Source: an uncultured delta proteobacterium
GTDB taxonomy: Bacteria; Desulfobacterota; Syntrophia; Syntrophales; UBA2185
Assembly: GCA_963695875.1 (NCBI GenBank)
Contig: CAVOID010000011.1
Location: forward strand, 64,001-128,000
DNA: 64,000 bases
Direction: 5' to 3'
The translations under genes and the position numbers were made by a program. Below, in pieces: positions 27,577 to 37,508 of this stretch. Every line of letters starts with the position of its first letter. The stretch's first letter is position 1. The notes under the pieces were generated by a model. That model was not told where the DNA came from, made no database searches, and saw nothing but the letters and a program-made list of their open reading frames with translations.

Positions 27577-28581
27577 ATGATACGTCCTATGCTTGACGGG
27601 CATAATAGAGAGATTAACTACCTGAGAGTTTCTATCACAGACAGATGCAACCTTCGGTGCAACTACTGTATGCCGAGGGAAGGAATATCTCAAATCGGAC
27701 ATGACGATATCCTGAGGTATGAAGAAATATTGAGGATCGTTCGTGTCGCCGTTGGTATGGGAATCAGTAAGGTCAGAATAACCGGCGGCGAGCCTCTGGT
27801 GAGGCGCGGTGTCGTTGATTTTATTTCTTCACTCGCATCCCTGAAAGGTCTGAGTGATATCAGCCTGACAACCAACGGGACACTTTTAGAAGCTTTTGCC
27901 GCCAAACTCTTTGCTGCAGGCATGAAAAGGATCAACATCAGCCTCGATTCTCTCAACCCGGAGAAATACGCCCATATAACAAGAGGCGGTGACCTAAGCA
28001 ATGTGCTGGCTGGTATCGCAGAAGTCCACAGACTGGGTTTCGCGCCGATTAAAATCAATACTGTGGCCATAAAAGGCTTCAACGAAGATGAAATACTAGA
28101 CTTCGCAAAACTCAGTTTCCTTAAACCCTACCAGATCAGATTTATCGAATTTATGACCATAGGACATGCTGCCCTCGATTCTGGTAATCAGTATTTATCC
28201 AATGCGGTCATCAGGGAAATCATCAACCGGCGCTACCATCTAGAAGCCGTCAATGGCAAAAGGAATGCCATGGATGGGCCGGCGCAGATATACAAGATTG
28301 CTGAGGGTGCAGGAGAGATAGGTTTTATAAGTCCCTTAAGTCACAAATTCTGTCATGCATGCAATCGACTCCGGCTTACAGCGGATGGGCGCCTCAGGAT
28401 ATGTCTGCTGTCAGACGAAGAAGTCGATCTGCAAAGACCGCTGCGGAGTGGTTGCAGTGACGCGGACCTGACAGATCTCATAAAAACGGCAATAAGCCAA
28501 AAACCATTACAGCATGATATTTCCTGTGATGAAGGTCATAGAAAGAAGTGCATGACGGACATGTCTTACATCGGAGGTTGA
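27577..28581 (+). CDS. moaA: GTP 3',8-cyclase MoaA
   Basis: CNLRCNYC radical SAM motif, FCHACNRLR, C-terminal IGG. Confidence 0.95.
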   Translation: MIRPMLDGHNREINYLRVSITDRCNLRCNYCMPREGISQIGHDDILRYEEILRIVRVAVGMGISKVRITGGEPLVRRGVVDFISSLASLKGLSDISLTTNGTLLEAFAAKLFAAGMKRINISLDSLNPEKYAHITRGGDLSNVLAGIAEVHRLGFAPIKINTVAIKGFNEDEILDFAKLSFLKPYQIRFIEFMTIGHAALDSGNQYLSNAVIREIINRRYHLEAVNGKRNAMDGPAQIYKIAEGAGEIGFISPLSHKFCHACNRLRLTADGRLRICLLSDEEVDLQRPLRSGCSDADLTDLIKTAISQKPLQHDISCDEGHRKKCMTDMSYIGG

Positions 28582-28598
28582 TATGAAATGGGGGGTAT

Positions 28599-29375
28599 TT
28601 GATGGTCTTCAACGATGAAGCAATCGCCGGATCCTACGATGACTGGCTTAAATCACCCATTGGTCGATATATTGACGGGAGAGAAAAGAGTCTGATTCTT
28701 GACCTTATCGCACCCAGAGTAGGTGAAAAAGTTTTAGATGTGGGATGTGGAACGGGTGAACACCTACTCCTTTTCATGAAAAAAGGCTGTGACATCACAG
28801 GAGTTGAGCCATCACCCTATATGTTGGATATTGCTAAAAAGAAGCTGGGAAGTAGAGCGGATCTTTACATGGGAAAAGCTGAAGAATTGCCTTTCTCCGA
28901 TAATGAATTCGATATCGTTACCTTGATCAGTTCCCTCGAATTCTTGGATGATCCTCAGAAGGCGATATGTGAAGCTATCAGGGTATGCCGGGGAAGGATC
29001 TTCCTGGGTGGGACAAACAGATTGTCCGTAGTAGGGACACGCTGGAAGTATGACCAGCTGGTCTGTCAATCCTTATATAAAAGCGCCCGGTTTTTCCATA
29101 TCGGCCAGTTAATCGGCATGGTCAGGAACCAGCTTCAGGGTGTCCGTACCCAGTGGGGGAGCGTGATCTTCCTGCCCTATCGATGGTATTCATTTGCGAC
29201 CGGTATTGAGGAGATGATCCCCATTATGAAAAATCCCTTTGGTGCCTTTTTAGGCATGTCATTTCCTGTGACCTTTACCTACAGGGCACTTCAGGATGTT
29301 ATCAGGGAACCATTCAAAATGGAGCCGCAGAGAAGACAGCCGGCCCCCGGCATTGTGAGGGAGATAAGGAAATGA
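28599..29375 (+). CDS. Class I SAM-dependent methyltransferase
   Basis: VLDVGCGTG, AEELPFSDNEFD. Confidence 0.88.
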   Translation: MMVFNDEAIAGSYDDWLKSPIGRYIDGREKSLILDLIAPRVGEKVLDVGCGTGEHLLLFMKKGCDITGVEPSPYMLDIAKKKLGSRADLYMGKAEELPFSDNEFDIVTLISSLEFLDDPQKAICEAIRVCRGRIFLGGTNRLSVVGTRWKYDQLVCQSLYKSARFFHIGQLIGMVRNQLQGVRTQWGSVIFLPYRWYSFATGIEEMIPIMKNPFGAFLGMSFPVTFTYRALQDVIREPFKMEPQRRQPAPGIVREIRK

Positions 29376-30382
29376 CGCGGGAAGCAATGCTTTATGAAAA
29401 AATAGAAGACAATCAGGTAAGATGTTACCTCTGTGCGCACCATTGCAGGATTAAACAGGATAAGCGGGGCATTTGCGGGGTCAGGGAGAACAGAAGCGGA
29501 ATTCTTTACAGCCTCGTCTATGGGAAGCTGATCGCAGAAAATGTAGATCCTGTCGAAAAGAAACCCCTCTTTCACGTATATCCGGGATCAAAGTCATTTT
29601 CCATCGCGACGGTAGGCTGCAATTTTCGCTGCATATTCTGTCAGAACCATGAAATCTCCCAGATACCGAGGGAAAACGGGAGAATCATGGGAAGGGACAC
29701 TACCCCTGCCGATGTTGTGGAGAGAGCCCTGGATACAGGATCAAGAACCATTTCATATACCTACACAGAGCCGACTATATATTTTGAATTTGCTTATGAA
29801 ATTGCAATGATTGCCACCGCGAAAGGACTGAAAAATGTCTTTGTAACAAACGGATTCATGACGCAAGAGGCTCTCGAGACGATATCGCCATATCTCCATG
29901 CGGCAAATGTCGACCTGAAATCATTCAGTGATGATTTTTACAAGAAGAGATGTGGGGCGCGTCTCCAGCCGGTTCTTGATAGTTTGAAAAAGATGAAATC
30001 GCTGGGTATCTGGGTGGAGATAACCACTCTTTTGATTCCCACCCTAAATGATGGTGATGACGAGCTCCGGCAGATCGCTGAATTCATTTACTCACTGGGT
30101 GCGGAAACCCCGTGGCATATAAGTCGTTTTCATCCCCAGTATCAACTAACCGAGATACCATTGACGCCCGCAGCAGCAATCCACAAGGCCGTTGAAATAG
30201 GGAAGGCGAGTGGATTGAAATACATATACAGCGGCAATATCCCGGGAGATGAAGGTGAAGATACCAGATGTTCAAGCTGCGGTGAGCACCTCATAGACCG
30301 CTACGGTTTTTACATCGAAAGGCTTAATCTGAAAGGAACAAACTGCCCCCGGTGCAATACCCCGCTTGACGGAATATTCTAA
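29372..30382 (+). CDS. amrS: AmmeMemoRadiSam system radical SAM enzyme
   Basis: CYLCAHHC N-terminus, DPVEKKPL, CNFRCIFCQN, YTYTEPT. Confidence 0.9.
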   Translation: MTREAMLYEKIEDNQVRCYLCAHHCRIKQDKRGICGVRENRSGILYSLVYGKLIAENVDPVEKKPLFHVYPGSKSFSIATVGCNFRCIFCQNHEISQIPRENGRIMGRDTTPADVVERALDTGSRTISYTYTEPTIYFEFAYEIAMIATAKGLKNVFVTNGFMTQEALETISPYLHAANVDLKSFSDDFYKKRCGARLQPVLDSLKKMKSLGIWVEITTLLIPTLNDGDDELRQIAEFIYSLGAETPWHISRFHPQYQLTEIPLTPAAAIHKAVEIGKASGLKYIYSGNIPGDEGEDTRCSSCGEHLIDRYGFYIERLNLKGTNCPRCNTPLDGIF

Positions 30383-30598
30383 AAAGGTGCAGTCTTCTGG
30401 TGTCTCGTTTAAGCCGTGTTACCCCGAATCTGATATTTTCATGTACAGCGGAAAGTCATTTATAGAATCTAAGGCGGTAGATACGCTGTATGAAAAAAAG
30501 CTTTATCAGATAGTGGAAAAGTGAACATTACTGTTCTGGATGCATGGTATCTTTCTTAGAAGAAGTTCTTCATGGTCTATAGAGATGCGTCCCCCGAT

Positions 30599-30853
30599 TC
30601 AGCAGGAATCCTCCCAATCCATGTCGTTGTCGTCATACGACCGTGACAGGACTTCATGGGCCTTATCCCGTAAGCTTTCAGGAACCATCACCTTCACTTC
30701 ACCAAGGCCATCAATCGTGATTGCGTAAATAGCTCCGACAGCTTCATATTTCAATCTAGTGGGGATGCCTTCTGTTTCCAGTCTTCCTACAACAATGTTT
30801 GCATTGGTCATGCCCGATGCTCTATATACTACTTCCCATTTTTCCTCATTCAT
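30599..30853 (-). CDS. DUF2007-like putative signal-transducing protein
   Basis: ANIVVGRLETEGIP...GEVKVMVP pattern. Confidence 0.7.
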   Translation of the reverse strand: MNEEKWEVVYRASGMTNANIVVGRLETEGIPTRLKYEAVGAIYAITIDGLGEVKVMVPESLRDKAHEVLSRSYDDNDMDWEDSC

Positions 30854-31129
30854 GGCTATATCCAATTTGGTTCTTCTCCAATTCAGTTGCAAAGAGGGTT
30901 CAAGTACTCGCTTTCCAGTCACTTTATAAATGCATTGATAACCTTTCCGCTTCTCCCAGATTTTACCATACTTCCTTCAATTGCCAATATTAATATAACC
31001 CAACTCTTATAATTTTTGTCAGATATTTAAATTTTGTAACCCTGAATATACCAGCAATTTTTCAGAGATAAACCATATTTTTATACCACTTTTGCCAATA
31101 TGGACAAAATATCAAAAGTTGATTGATCG

Positions 31130-31175
31130 ATACCATATATTGTGGTCAACAATTTAAAGATACATTTAGTTGTAT
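31130..31175 (+). promoter_or_regulatory. Candidate tandem NrdR-box-like operators upstream of smc
   Basis: ATACCATATATTGTGG and ATACATTTAGTTGTAT, 30 bp apart, resemble the consensus acaCwAtATaTwGtg. Confidence 0.4.
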
Positions 31176-31243
31176 TTTTTCTTTACAAGGCACATATATT
31201 TTGTTAGTATTCATAAAATTTAATTTCCACTGGATAGTAAAAA

Positions 31244-34200
31244 ATGAGGCTGAAGAGACTGGAAATAACCGGGTTTAAATCTTTCCGGGATAAGATTATC
31301 ATAGATTTTTCTAAAGGGATATCTGCTGTCGTAGGCCCTAACGGATGTGGCAAGAGCAATATCGTTGATGCAATCCGCTGGGTGATGGGCGAACAGAGGG
31401 TCAAAACGTTGCGCGGGAAAAAGATGGATGATGTCATCTTTCACGGTGCTGAAAATGCAGCCCCCGTTAGTATGACAGATGTAACGATGATCTTGGACAG
31501 TAACGGTCGTAAGTTCCCCGGGACGTATGACGAATGCAGCGAGGTTATGATTTCGAGGAGGCTCTTCCGGGAAGGTGAAAGCGAATACACGATAAATAAA
31601 GTGCCCTGCAGGCTGATCGATGTCAGGGACTTCTTCATGAGTACAGGAACCGGAGTAAGAACATACTCTCTCGTGGAACAGAACAGCGTTGCCAATCTCG
31701 TTGAGGCGAAACCTGAAGAGAGAAGGCAGTTTATTGAAGATGCTGCGGGCATATCGAAATATAAAGTCAGAAAAGAAGCGGCTTCCCGGAAGATGGAAGC
31801 AACAAGGCAAAACATAGTCCGCTTGAATGATATTATCAGAGAGGTAAAATCTCAACTCAATGCGGTGTCACGGCAGGCCAAAAGGGCGGAACAGTACAAA
31901 GCACTAAAGAAGGAGATCAAAGAGGCGGAACTGACACTGGCACTTCAGACGTATGTGGAATTATCAGGGCAGAAGGAAGCACTTGGGCAAACGCGTGACG
32001 ATCTTAGCAAAAGAGATATGGAAGTGAGGACGGACCTGAATGAGCTTGAGGCTTCAATCGAAGGGATAAAGGCAGAGGTCCTCGAAAATGAAACGTCCGT
32101 TTCAGAATGCCAGGAAAAACTCTATGACATCAGAAACTCGATCAACATCAAGGAACAGGGGATAGAACATCTTAAAGATAAAATAAAAGATATAGCCTCA
32201 CAAAAACTGAAAAACCACTCAGAAGTAGAATCACTCCGTTTTAGGCAGGAGAACTTGAGTAAAGAGGCGGAAACCCTAAGCGTATTGGCGGGTAAATCCG
32301 GTGAGGAGATTCAAAATGTAAGAAATAGTGTCCTGCAAAACCAGACGGCACTTGAAGAACACAGGGTAATGGCCAAATCCATTCACGTGGAACTTGAGGC
32401 AAAGAAGGTAGCGTTTATCGAAATTGTTACGGAAAAGGCGAGGTTAAGAAATACTCTGACCGGTTTCACAAAGGGAATTGATGATATAAGGAAAAGAATA
32501 GAGAGGGACATCAGGGAAATAAATGAAAACAAGGAAAGACTTGCTGCTACTCATAAAAATCTCGATCATTTGAGATCAGGGTTAAAAACGGATGAGGAAA
32601 CACTCGACCGTCTAGGGGATAAAGGAAATACTGTCTCCGATGAGCTTGAACAAGCGAAATATGATCTGCAGATGATTGACGAAAACATCTCAGAAAAAAA
32701 GGAAGCGGCGGGAAGAAAATCGTCGCGGCTTTCGTCCTTGAGAGAGTTACAGGAAAACTATGCCTGGTGCAGTGAAGGTACAAAGTCCATTATGAAAGCA
32801 GAGAAGGTCAATAACCTCGAAATACTGCCCCGCGAAACTTTCCTGGGGTTAGTTGCAGATGTTCTCGATGTTCCAAAGGATTACGAAACAGCTGTTGAGG
32901 CTGTCCTGGGGGAGAAGCTCCAGTATATAGTGGTTAAAAGTCAGAAAGACGGTGTAAAAGCAATCGACTATCTGAAGAGTTCTTCCTTAGGCAGGGGGAG
33001 CTTTGTCCCCCTTGAAGTCAGAAATCAGGTTCTGGGCTCTGAGGCAGAGCATCTCAAGGGAGCAGTCAGGCTCATTGACATGGTCAATGTTCATCAAGGC
33101 TTCGAAAAAATAGCCGATTATCTGCTGGGGGATGTCTTATTAATACCGAACCTTGTGAGCGGCATTTCCCTCTGGGAGCGAAACGGCTTCAGGGGTACGT
33201 TCGTTACATCGGAAGGAGACGTCATAAATCCACACGGAGTGTTAACAGGTGGAAGCAGAACGAACGGAGAGAAAAGTCTTCTCCGTATTAAGCGGGAGAT
33301 CGCCGAACTGGAAGATGAGGTTAATCAGTTAAATGCATTGCTTGAGGAGGAAGCTGAAAAGAAAAAAGAAGCAGCATCGCTTATACAGCAATGGGAAGAA
33401 GAATTGCTCCAGCTGAGATCGGAAATCCGTGATCTTGAGCTTCGAGTCAACGGCATGCGAAAAGATGTTGAGAGATATGAGTCTGAAATAAAAGGGATTG
33501 AGCAGAGGATAAAAATCATCGATTTCAGTTGTGAGAATCTTCAGTCAGAAGAAGAGAGTACTTTAGAAGAAATCAACAAGATGAAGGAAGCTATCGTCTC
33601 TTCCGAAAGTGAAGAAGAAAAAATCAACCATGCTATATCTTCCCTCCAGGAAAAATGGGATACACTGAGGGTGAAGGTAGAGGAGCAGGAAGAATGTCTT
33701 ACAAGGGAAAAGATTCATCTGGCATCCCTTGAAGAGAAGAGAAATGCCGACCTCAAGGCTATAGATAGATTGGAAGCTGACAGGACAAATACGGTACGTG
33801 AAATCGATGTTAGAATGAAGGATCTAATGCAGAGTGAAAATGAAGTTGAGGATATAACCAATCAAATCTCGGCTGAACAGGACCTCCTTGAACGGCTGTC
33901 CTCGGATCATGAAGATATTGAAGGGATCCTCTCGGAGATGAAGAGATCACAGCAGGAAAGGGAATATTTATTGAGAAACCGGGAGACGGATCTCAGAGAG
34001 GTTAAAAAAGCCCTTGACCAGCTAGTCAAGGAATCCAGTGACCTGGAGATGGAATATCGCGAGTTATCTTTCCAGATGGATAGCTTGAGAAAGGGTATTG
34101 AGGGAAAATACTACATGGATTTGGAGGCATTGGTCCCCGAATTTCAGCGACTCGATGAACCGGACATAAAGGAATTAAGCAGCAAACTCGATAAAAACAG

Positions 34201-34810
34201 ACAATTCGTGGAAAATTTCGGTGAAGTAAATCTGTTGGCACTCAGTGAATATGAACAGTTGAAAGAGCGTTTTGATTTTCTTACGGGTCAGGTTTCAGAT
34301 CTTAATGCTTCTATGGATGCACTCCAGAGGACAATAACAAAAATAAATAATGAATCCCGAAAGCGGTTTGCGGAGACCTTTGAGGCGGTCAATAAATGTT
34401 TCAGGGAGGTGTTCACCAGAATATTCCCAGGCGGCAAGGGTGAACTGAGACTGACAGATAGCGAAGACCTGCTGGAAACAGGTGTGGACATCGATATTCT
34501 GATTCCCGGAAAACGTGCGCAGAGTATAAGTCTATTATCCGGTGGTGAAAAGTCCCTCGCTGCCATTGCATTGATTTTTGCTATCCTGTTATATCGACCG
34601 GTGCCCTTCTTAGTCTTAGATGAGGTAGATGCCGCTCTTGACGATGCAAACATATCTCTTTTCAATAACCTTGTTAAAGATATCTCGGCAGATTCTCAGA
34701 TAATCATGGTTACCCACAACAAACGTACCATGGAGGTTGCCGAATATCTGTTTGGCATTACCATGCAAAAACAGGGTATTTCAACCATGGTATCCGTAGC
34801 CCTCAACTAA
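31244..34810 (+). CDS. smc: Chromosome segregation protein SMC
   Basis: GPNGCGKSN, coiled coils, hinge, LSGGEK, LDEVDAALD. Confidence 0.97.
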   Translation: MRLKRLEITGFKSFRDKIIIDFSKGISAVVGPNGCGKSNIVDAIRWVMGEQRVKTLRGKKMDDVIFHGAENAAPVSMTDVTMILDSNGRKFPGTYDECSEVMISRRLFREGESEYTINKVPCRLIDVRDFFMSTGTGVRTYSLVEQNSVANLVEAKPEERRQFIEDAAGISKYKVRKEAASRKMEATRQNIVRLNDIIREVKSQLNAVSRQAKRAEQYKALKKEIKEAELTLALQTYVELSGQKEALGQTRDDLSKRDMEVRTDLNELEASIEGIKAEVLENETSVSECQEKLYDIRNSINIKEQGIEHLKDKIKDIASQKLKNHSEVESLRFRQENLSKEAETLSVLAGKSGEEIQNVRNSVLQNQTALEEHRVMAKSIHVELEAKKVAFIEIVTEKARLRNTLTGFTKGIDDIRKRIERDIREINENKERLAATHKNLDHLRSGLKTDEETLDRLGDKGNTVSDELEQAKYDLQMIDENISEKKEAAGRKSSRLSSLRELQENYAWCSEGTKSIMKAEKVNNLEILPRETFLGLVADVLDVPKDYETAVEAVLGEKLQYIVVKSQKDGVKAIDYLKSSSLGRGSFVPLEVRNQVLGSEAEHLKGAVRLIDMVNVHQGFEKIADYLLGDVLLIPNLVSGISLWERNGFRGTFVTSEGDVINPHGVLTGGSRTNGEKSLLRIKREIAELEDEVNQLNALLEEEAEKKKEAASLIQQWEEELLQLRSEIRDLELRVNGMRKDVERYESEIKGIEQRIKIIDFSCENLQSEEESTLEEINKMKEAIVSSESEEEKINHAISSLQEKWDTLRVKVEEQEECLTREKIHLASLEEKRNADLKAIDRLEADRTNTVREIDVRMKDLMQSENEVEDITNQISAEQDLLERLSSDHEDIEGILSEMKRSQQEREYLLRNRETDLREVKKALDQLVKESSDLEMEYRELSFQMDSLRKGIEGKYYMDLEALVPEFQRLDEPDIKELSSKLDKNRQFVENFGEVNLLALSEYEQLKERFDFLTGQVSDLNASMDALQRTITKINNESRKRFAETFEAVNKCFREVFTRIFPGGKGELRLTDSEDLLETGVDIDILIPGKRAQSISLLSGGEKSLAAIALIFAILLYRPVPFLVLDEVDAALDDANISLFNNLVKDISADSQIIMVTHNKRTMEVAEYLFGITMQKQGISTMVSVALN

Positions 34811-35006
34811 GGAGCCGTGAGCTGCCAATAGAGTTTGTCACTGAATGACAGAACGCTTCTTGTAGTCAATAAATCAGCGATGAAGATTGATGTGCGTATA
34901 GCAAATACTAATGTGCATAGTTGCTAATGGGACTAATTTATTGAATTCTGGATGAAGGTGCAAAGTCTTGACAGTAAATTCTCCGTACATGAAGAGTGTG
35001 CCTATT

Positions 35007-35056
35007 TTCCTGAAGTCAACACCCGCGCTTGTAATTAAAACATTGCAGATTACAGG
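35007..35056 (+). repeat. ~50-bp imperfect direct repeat, copy 1
   Basis: ttcctga-agtcaacacccgcgcttgtaattaaaacattgcagattacagg aligns to 37362-37412. Confidence 0.8.
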
Positions 35057-35268
35057 CTAATCTTCAGCACAAATCAGCGCAAGAGTTTTCGTTAATTGTA
35101 CTATATAGTAAGTAGAGGGAAGTGAAAATTGCTGTCTTGACGCTGGGAGGGCGGCATGGTCGAAGCCAAGAGCGACTTTCTCAGAGCACCCTAGGGTTGA
35201 GATGGCCTTTGTTTTCGAGGAATTAATATGGTAACGGTATTTTTTTTATTTAAGAGAATGCCCTAGAG

Positions 35269-35698
35269 TTATTTAAATTTCTTTATAATTTCTTCTTTAA
35301 TTTTGTTAGGGGGAATATTTTTATCATGTAATCTTTTTGTTAAGAGGGCCTCCTCTTGACATATCATTCACCCCGCCCCATGCTTATCAATAAAACAATC
35401 TAAAAGATTTTCATGACCATAAGCACTCACATTCGCAGAAACAAGGCACCTTTGAGAGAATTTCAGGAATATCCTTTGCTATCTGGTAAGCCTCTTTAGC
35501 CTTTCCTTTAAAAAGGTTGGGATCAAGAGTTTCCGGTAATCCAGTTTTTGGGTTGATTGCCTTTTCTTTCATAATCTTAAAAGCTTCTGGATTTGCTTCC
35601 TGTGCTATGGCTTTAGAACCTTCTGTAGTAATCATCGTTAGGAAAAAGACGAGCAGTAGAAGCATAAAAATTGAATGATGCATTTTATTTTCAACCAT
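35269..35698 (-). CDS. CYCXC/PCYCGC-type secreted (seleno)protein with UxxC; one frameshift near 35425
   Basis: Signal peptide, AYQIAKDIPEILSKVPCFCEC, then in shifted frame AYGHENLLDCFIDKHGAG-TGA(35368-70)-MICQEEAL...KKFK*; SECIS-like hairpin 35342-35357. Confidence 0.8.
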
Positions 35699-35842
35699 TA
35701 TTTACACCCTCTTTTCAATTGATCTCAAATCTTTAAATGAACCCCGTACACACTTGTACGTACAAGTCGTAATTCCAATATCGGCAGAATCATAGACCTG
35801 ATCCGACTCTTTATGCTGTGGACATTACGTGGTGCTGTGTTC

Positions 35843-36007
35843 TCAGGCCGGCTTGATCATCTTTTTTACTTTCTGCTCGGTGATGGCCATATTGTGGCTT
35901 TTCTTCGCATGTTGAATGGCTATCGCAACGAGTTCTTTTTCGTCATGGCTCTTCCCGGAGAAGTTGCATGGTGCGGGACACTCTATCTTTTTCATCTGCT
36001 CTGCCAT
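35843..36007 (-). CDS. DUF1059-like small metal-binding protein (54 aa, not in ORF track)
   Basis: MAEQMKKIECPAPCNFSGKSHDEKELVAIAIQHAKKSHNM...; GAGGT RBS; Cys/Cys/His/His pattern. Confidence 0.75.
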   Translation of the reverse strand: MAEQMKKIECPAPCNFSGKSHDEKELVAIAIQHAKKSHNMAITEQKVKKMIKPA

Positions 36008-36383
36008 GGTTGTTACCTCAATGATTTAAATTTTTATATTCGTCACCATAAAACCTGTCTTGTAAATAAGCATGTACCTGATTTTCGATGCTCCATTCTC
36101 CTAGTTACTCCGCTGATTGATTAAATCGCCATTTCGGTTTTCCGGCTACCAACCGCCTCTTGAGCGACTTTGATGTTTCATCAAGTCTTCTTCTAGGCAT
36201 ATAATACAGCCTCGATATCTTCCTGTTGTCAGTAAATGTCACTTCAATAAGAATTATCACCCGTTCATCCAGAAATGATCACCTGCGGAAGGGATCAATT
36301 CCTATAACATCCTCAATTACATTATGATAACCACTTTTCAGGTAGTATTGAGCGTGTATTAATCACCCCACATCGCTTCAAGT

Positions 36384-36695
36384 TTATTGGATGATCTTCG
36401 GTTTCCCTTCGATCGGGGAGTCGTGTTTGGCCAGATCCTCTGCAATCTTATCAATACTGGTTTTTGTGTCGTCGAATTTTACCATGACTTCATGAGTGAA
36501 TTGGTTCGCATCATATTGCAGTACCCCTGGGATTTCCTTCAGGGCAATACCTACCCTGCTAGCCGTGTCCGGTCATTCGCATCCTGGGACCACTATCTTG
36601 ACAATTCTTTCAGCAGCAAAAATGGTTTGTGACGCAATGAGCAGTAACACTACACTGAAAATACAGATCATAAGGTAATATTTCTTGTGCTTCAT
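36384..36695 (-). CDS. Secreted HMA (MerP/CopZ-fold)-like selenoprotein with CxU motif (103 aa, not in ORF track)
   Basis: AGGAG RBS; signal peptide; IVKIVVPGCE-TGA(36573-75)-PDTASRVGIALKEIPGV...VMVKFDDTKTSIDKIAEDL; SECIS-like hairpin 36540-36558. Confidence 0.8.
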
Positions 36696-36760
36696 GCGAA
36701 ATCTCCTCAGTATAAGGGGGTTAGATTATAAAGATGTCTCTCTACATTTACATCTATATT

Positions 36761-37222
36761 TTATTTCTCGAAGAACAATTCGTCCTCAATCTTGATGCAT
36801 CCGATGACACTCTGGGCGGCGGGGCAACGAGTGATATAGTTTGAGAAGCACTCTTTCGCATCGGCCATCTTTTCCTCAGTTACTTTCAGGTGGTATTTAA
36901 CACGGATGGTTGTGATCTTAAGGACTCCATTGACATTCTCGATGTCTCCTTCCACATCGGCCCAGTAAAGAGGTTCCGGGGTGGGAATCTTTTTTCCGGC
37001 CATCACCGTGGCCAGCGTCCCCATCATTCACCCTGCTGTCGCTGCAACAATATGATCAAGTGTTGCCGCATGCTCCTTTTCCGGCTCGACTTTGTAAAAC
37101 TTCATGATCCCACCGTGGACACCATAATAGACCGGTTCCGAAAATCCCTCAATCATCGCTCTCCGGGTCGGTCCTTTTTCCCTGACGATTTTAATTCGTG
37201 ATGTATGAACAACTTCTCCCAT
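36761..37222 (-). CDS. OsmC-like (seleno)protein, Sec at residue 65
   Basis: ORFs 37028-37288 and 36761-37027 are in frame and joined by TGA 37028-30 (HIVAATAG-U-MMGTL) at the first OsmC Cys; second Cys in TRCPAAQS; SECIS-like hairpin 36996-37015. Confidence 0.85.
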
Positions 37223-37361
37223 ACTAACCCTCCTTGGTCTTTTCCCACATAATAACTTAGCAGAAGGGTATTTACAACAAAATCCCACACAAATATGCCA
37301 TTATCCTGACAGGTCGTCAGATTTATTTGACCAAGACTGTCATTGGGGTGTTGAGACGTGC

Positions 37362-37412
37362 TTCCTAAAAGTCAACACCCGCATTTCTGATTAAAACATT
37401 GCTGATTACAGG
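37362..37412 (+). repeat. ~50-bp imperfect direct repeat, copy 2
   Basis: ttcctaaaagtcaacacccgcatttctgattaaaacattgctgattacagg. Confidence 0.8.
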
Positions 37413-37508
37413 AGGTACGGATCATATTGCGGTTTATAGTTGTTCGACAACAAAATTGACTTTTGTAAACTAATCATATAATGTAATTGAAAAATTAAAT
37501 ATTGATCT

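Noticed and set aside
35843..35845. TGA at the end of the DUF1059-like gene as a fourth Sec codon
   Set aside because: The domain is already complete and the codon is not at a Cys-motif position; treated as a true stop
35813..36678. Plus-strand ORFs 35813-36124, 36387-36632 and 36496-36678
   Set aside because: Antisense shadows of the DUF1059-like and HMA-like genes, which have RBSs and family motifs
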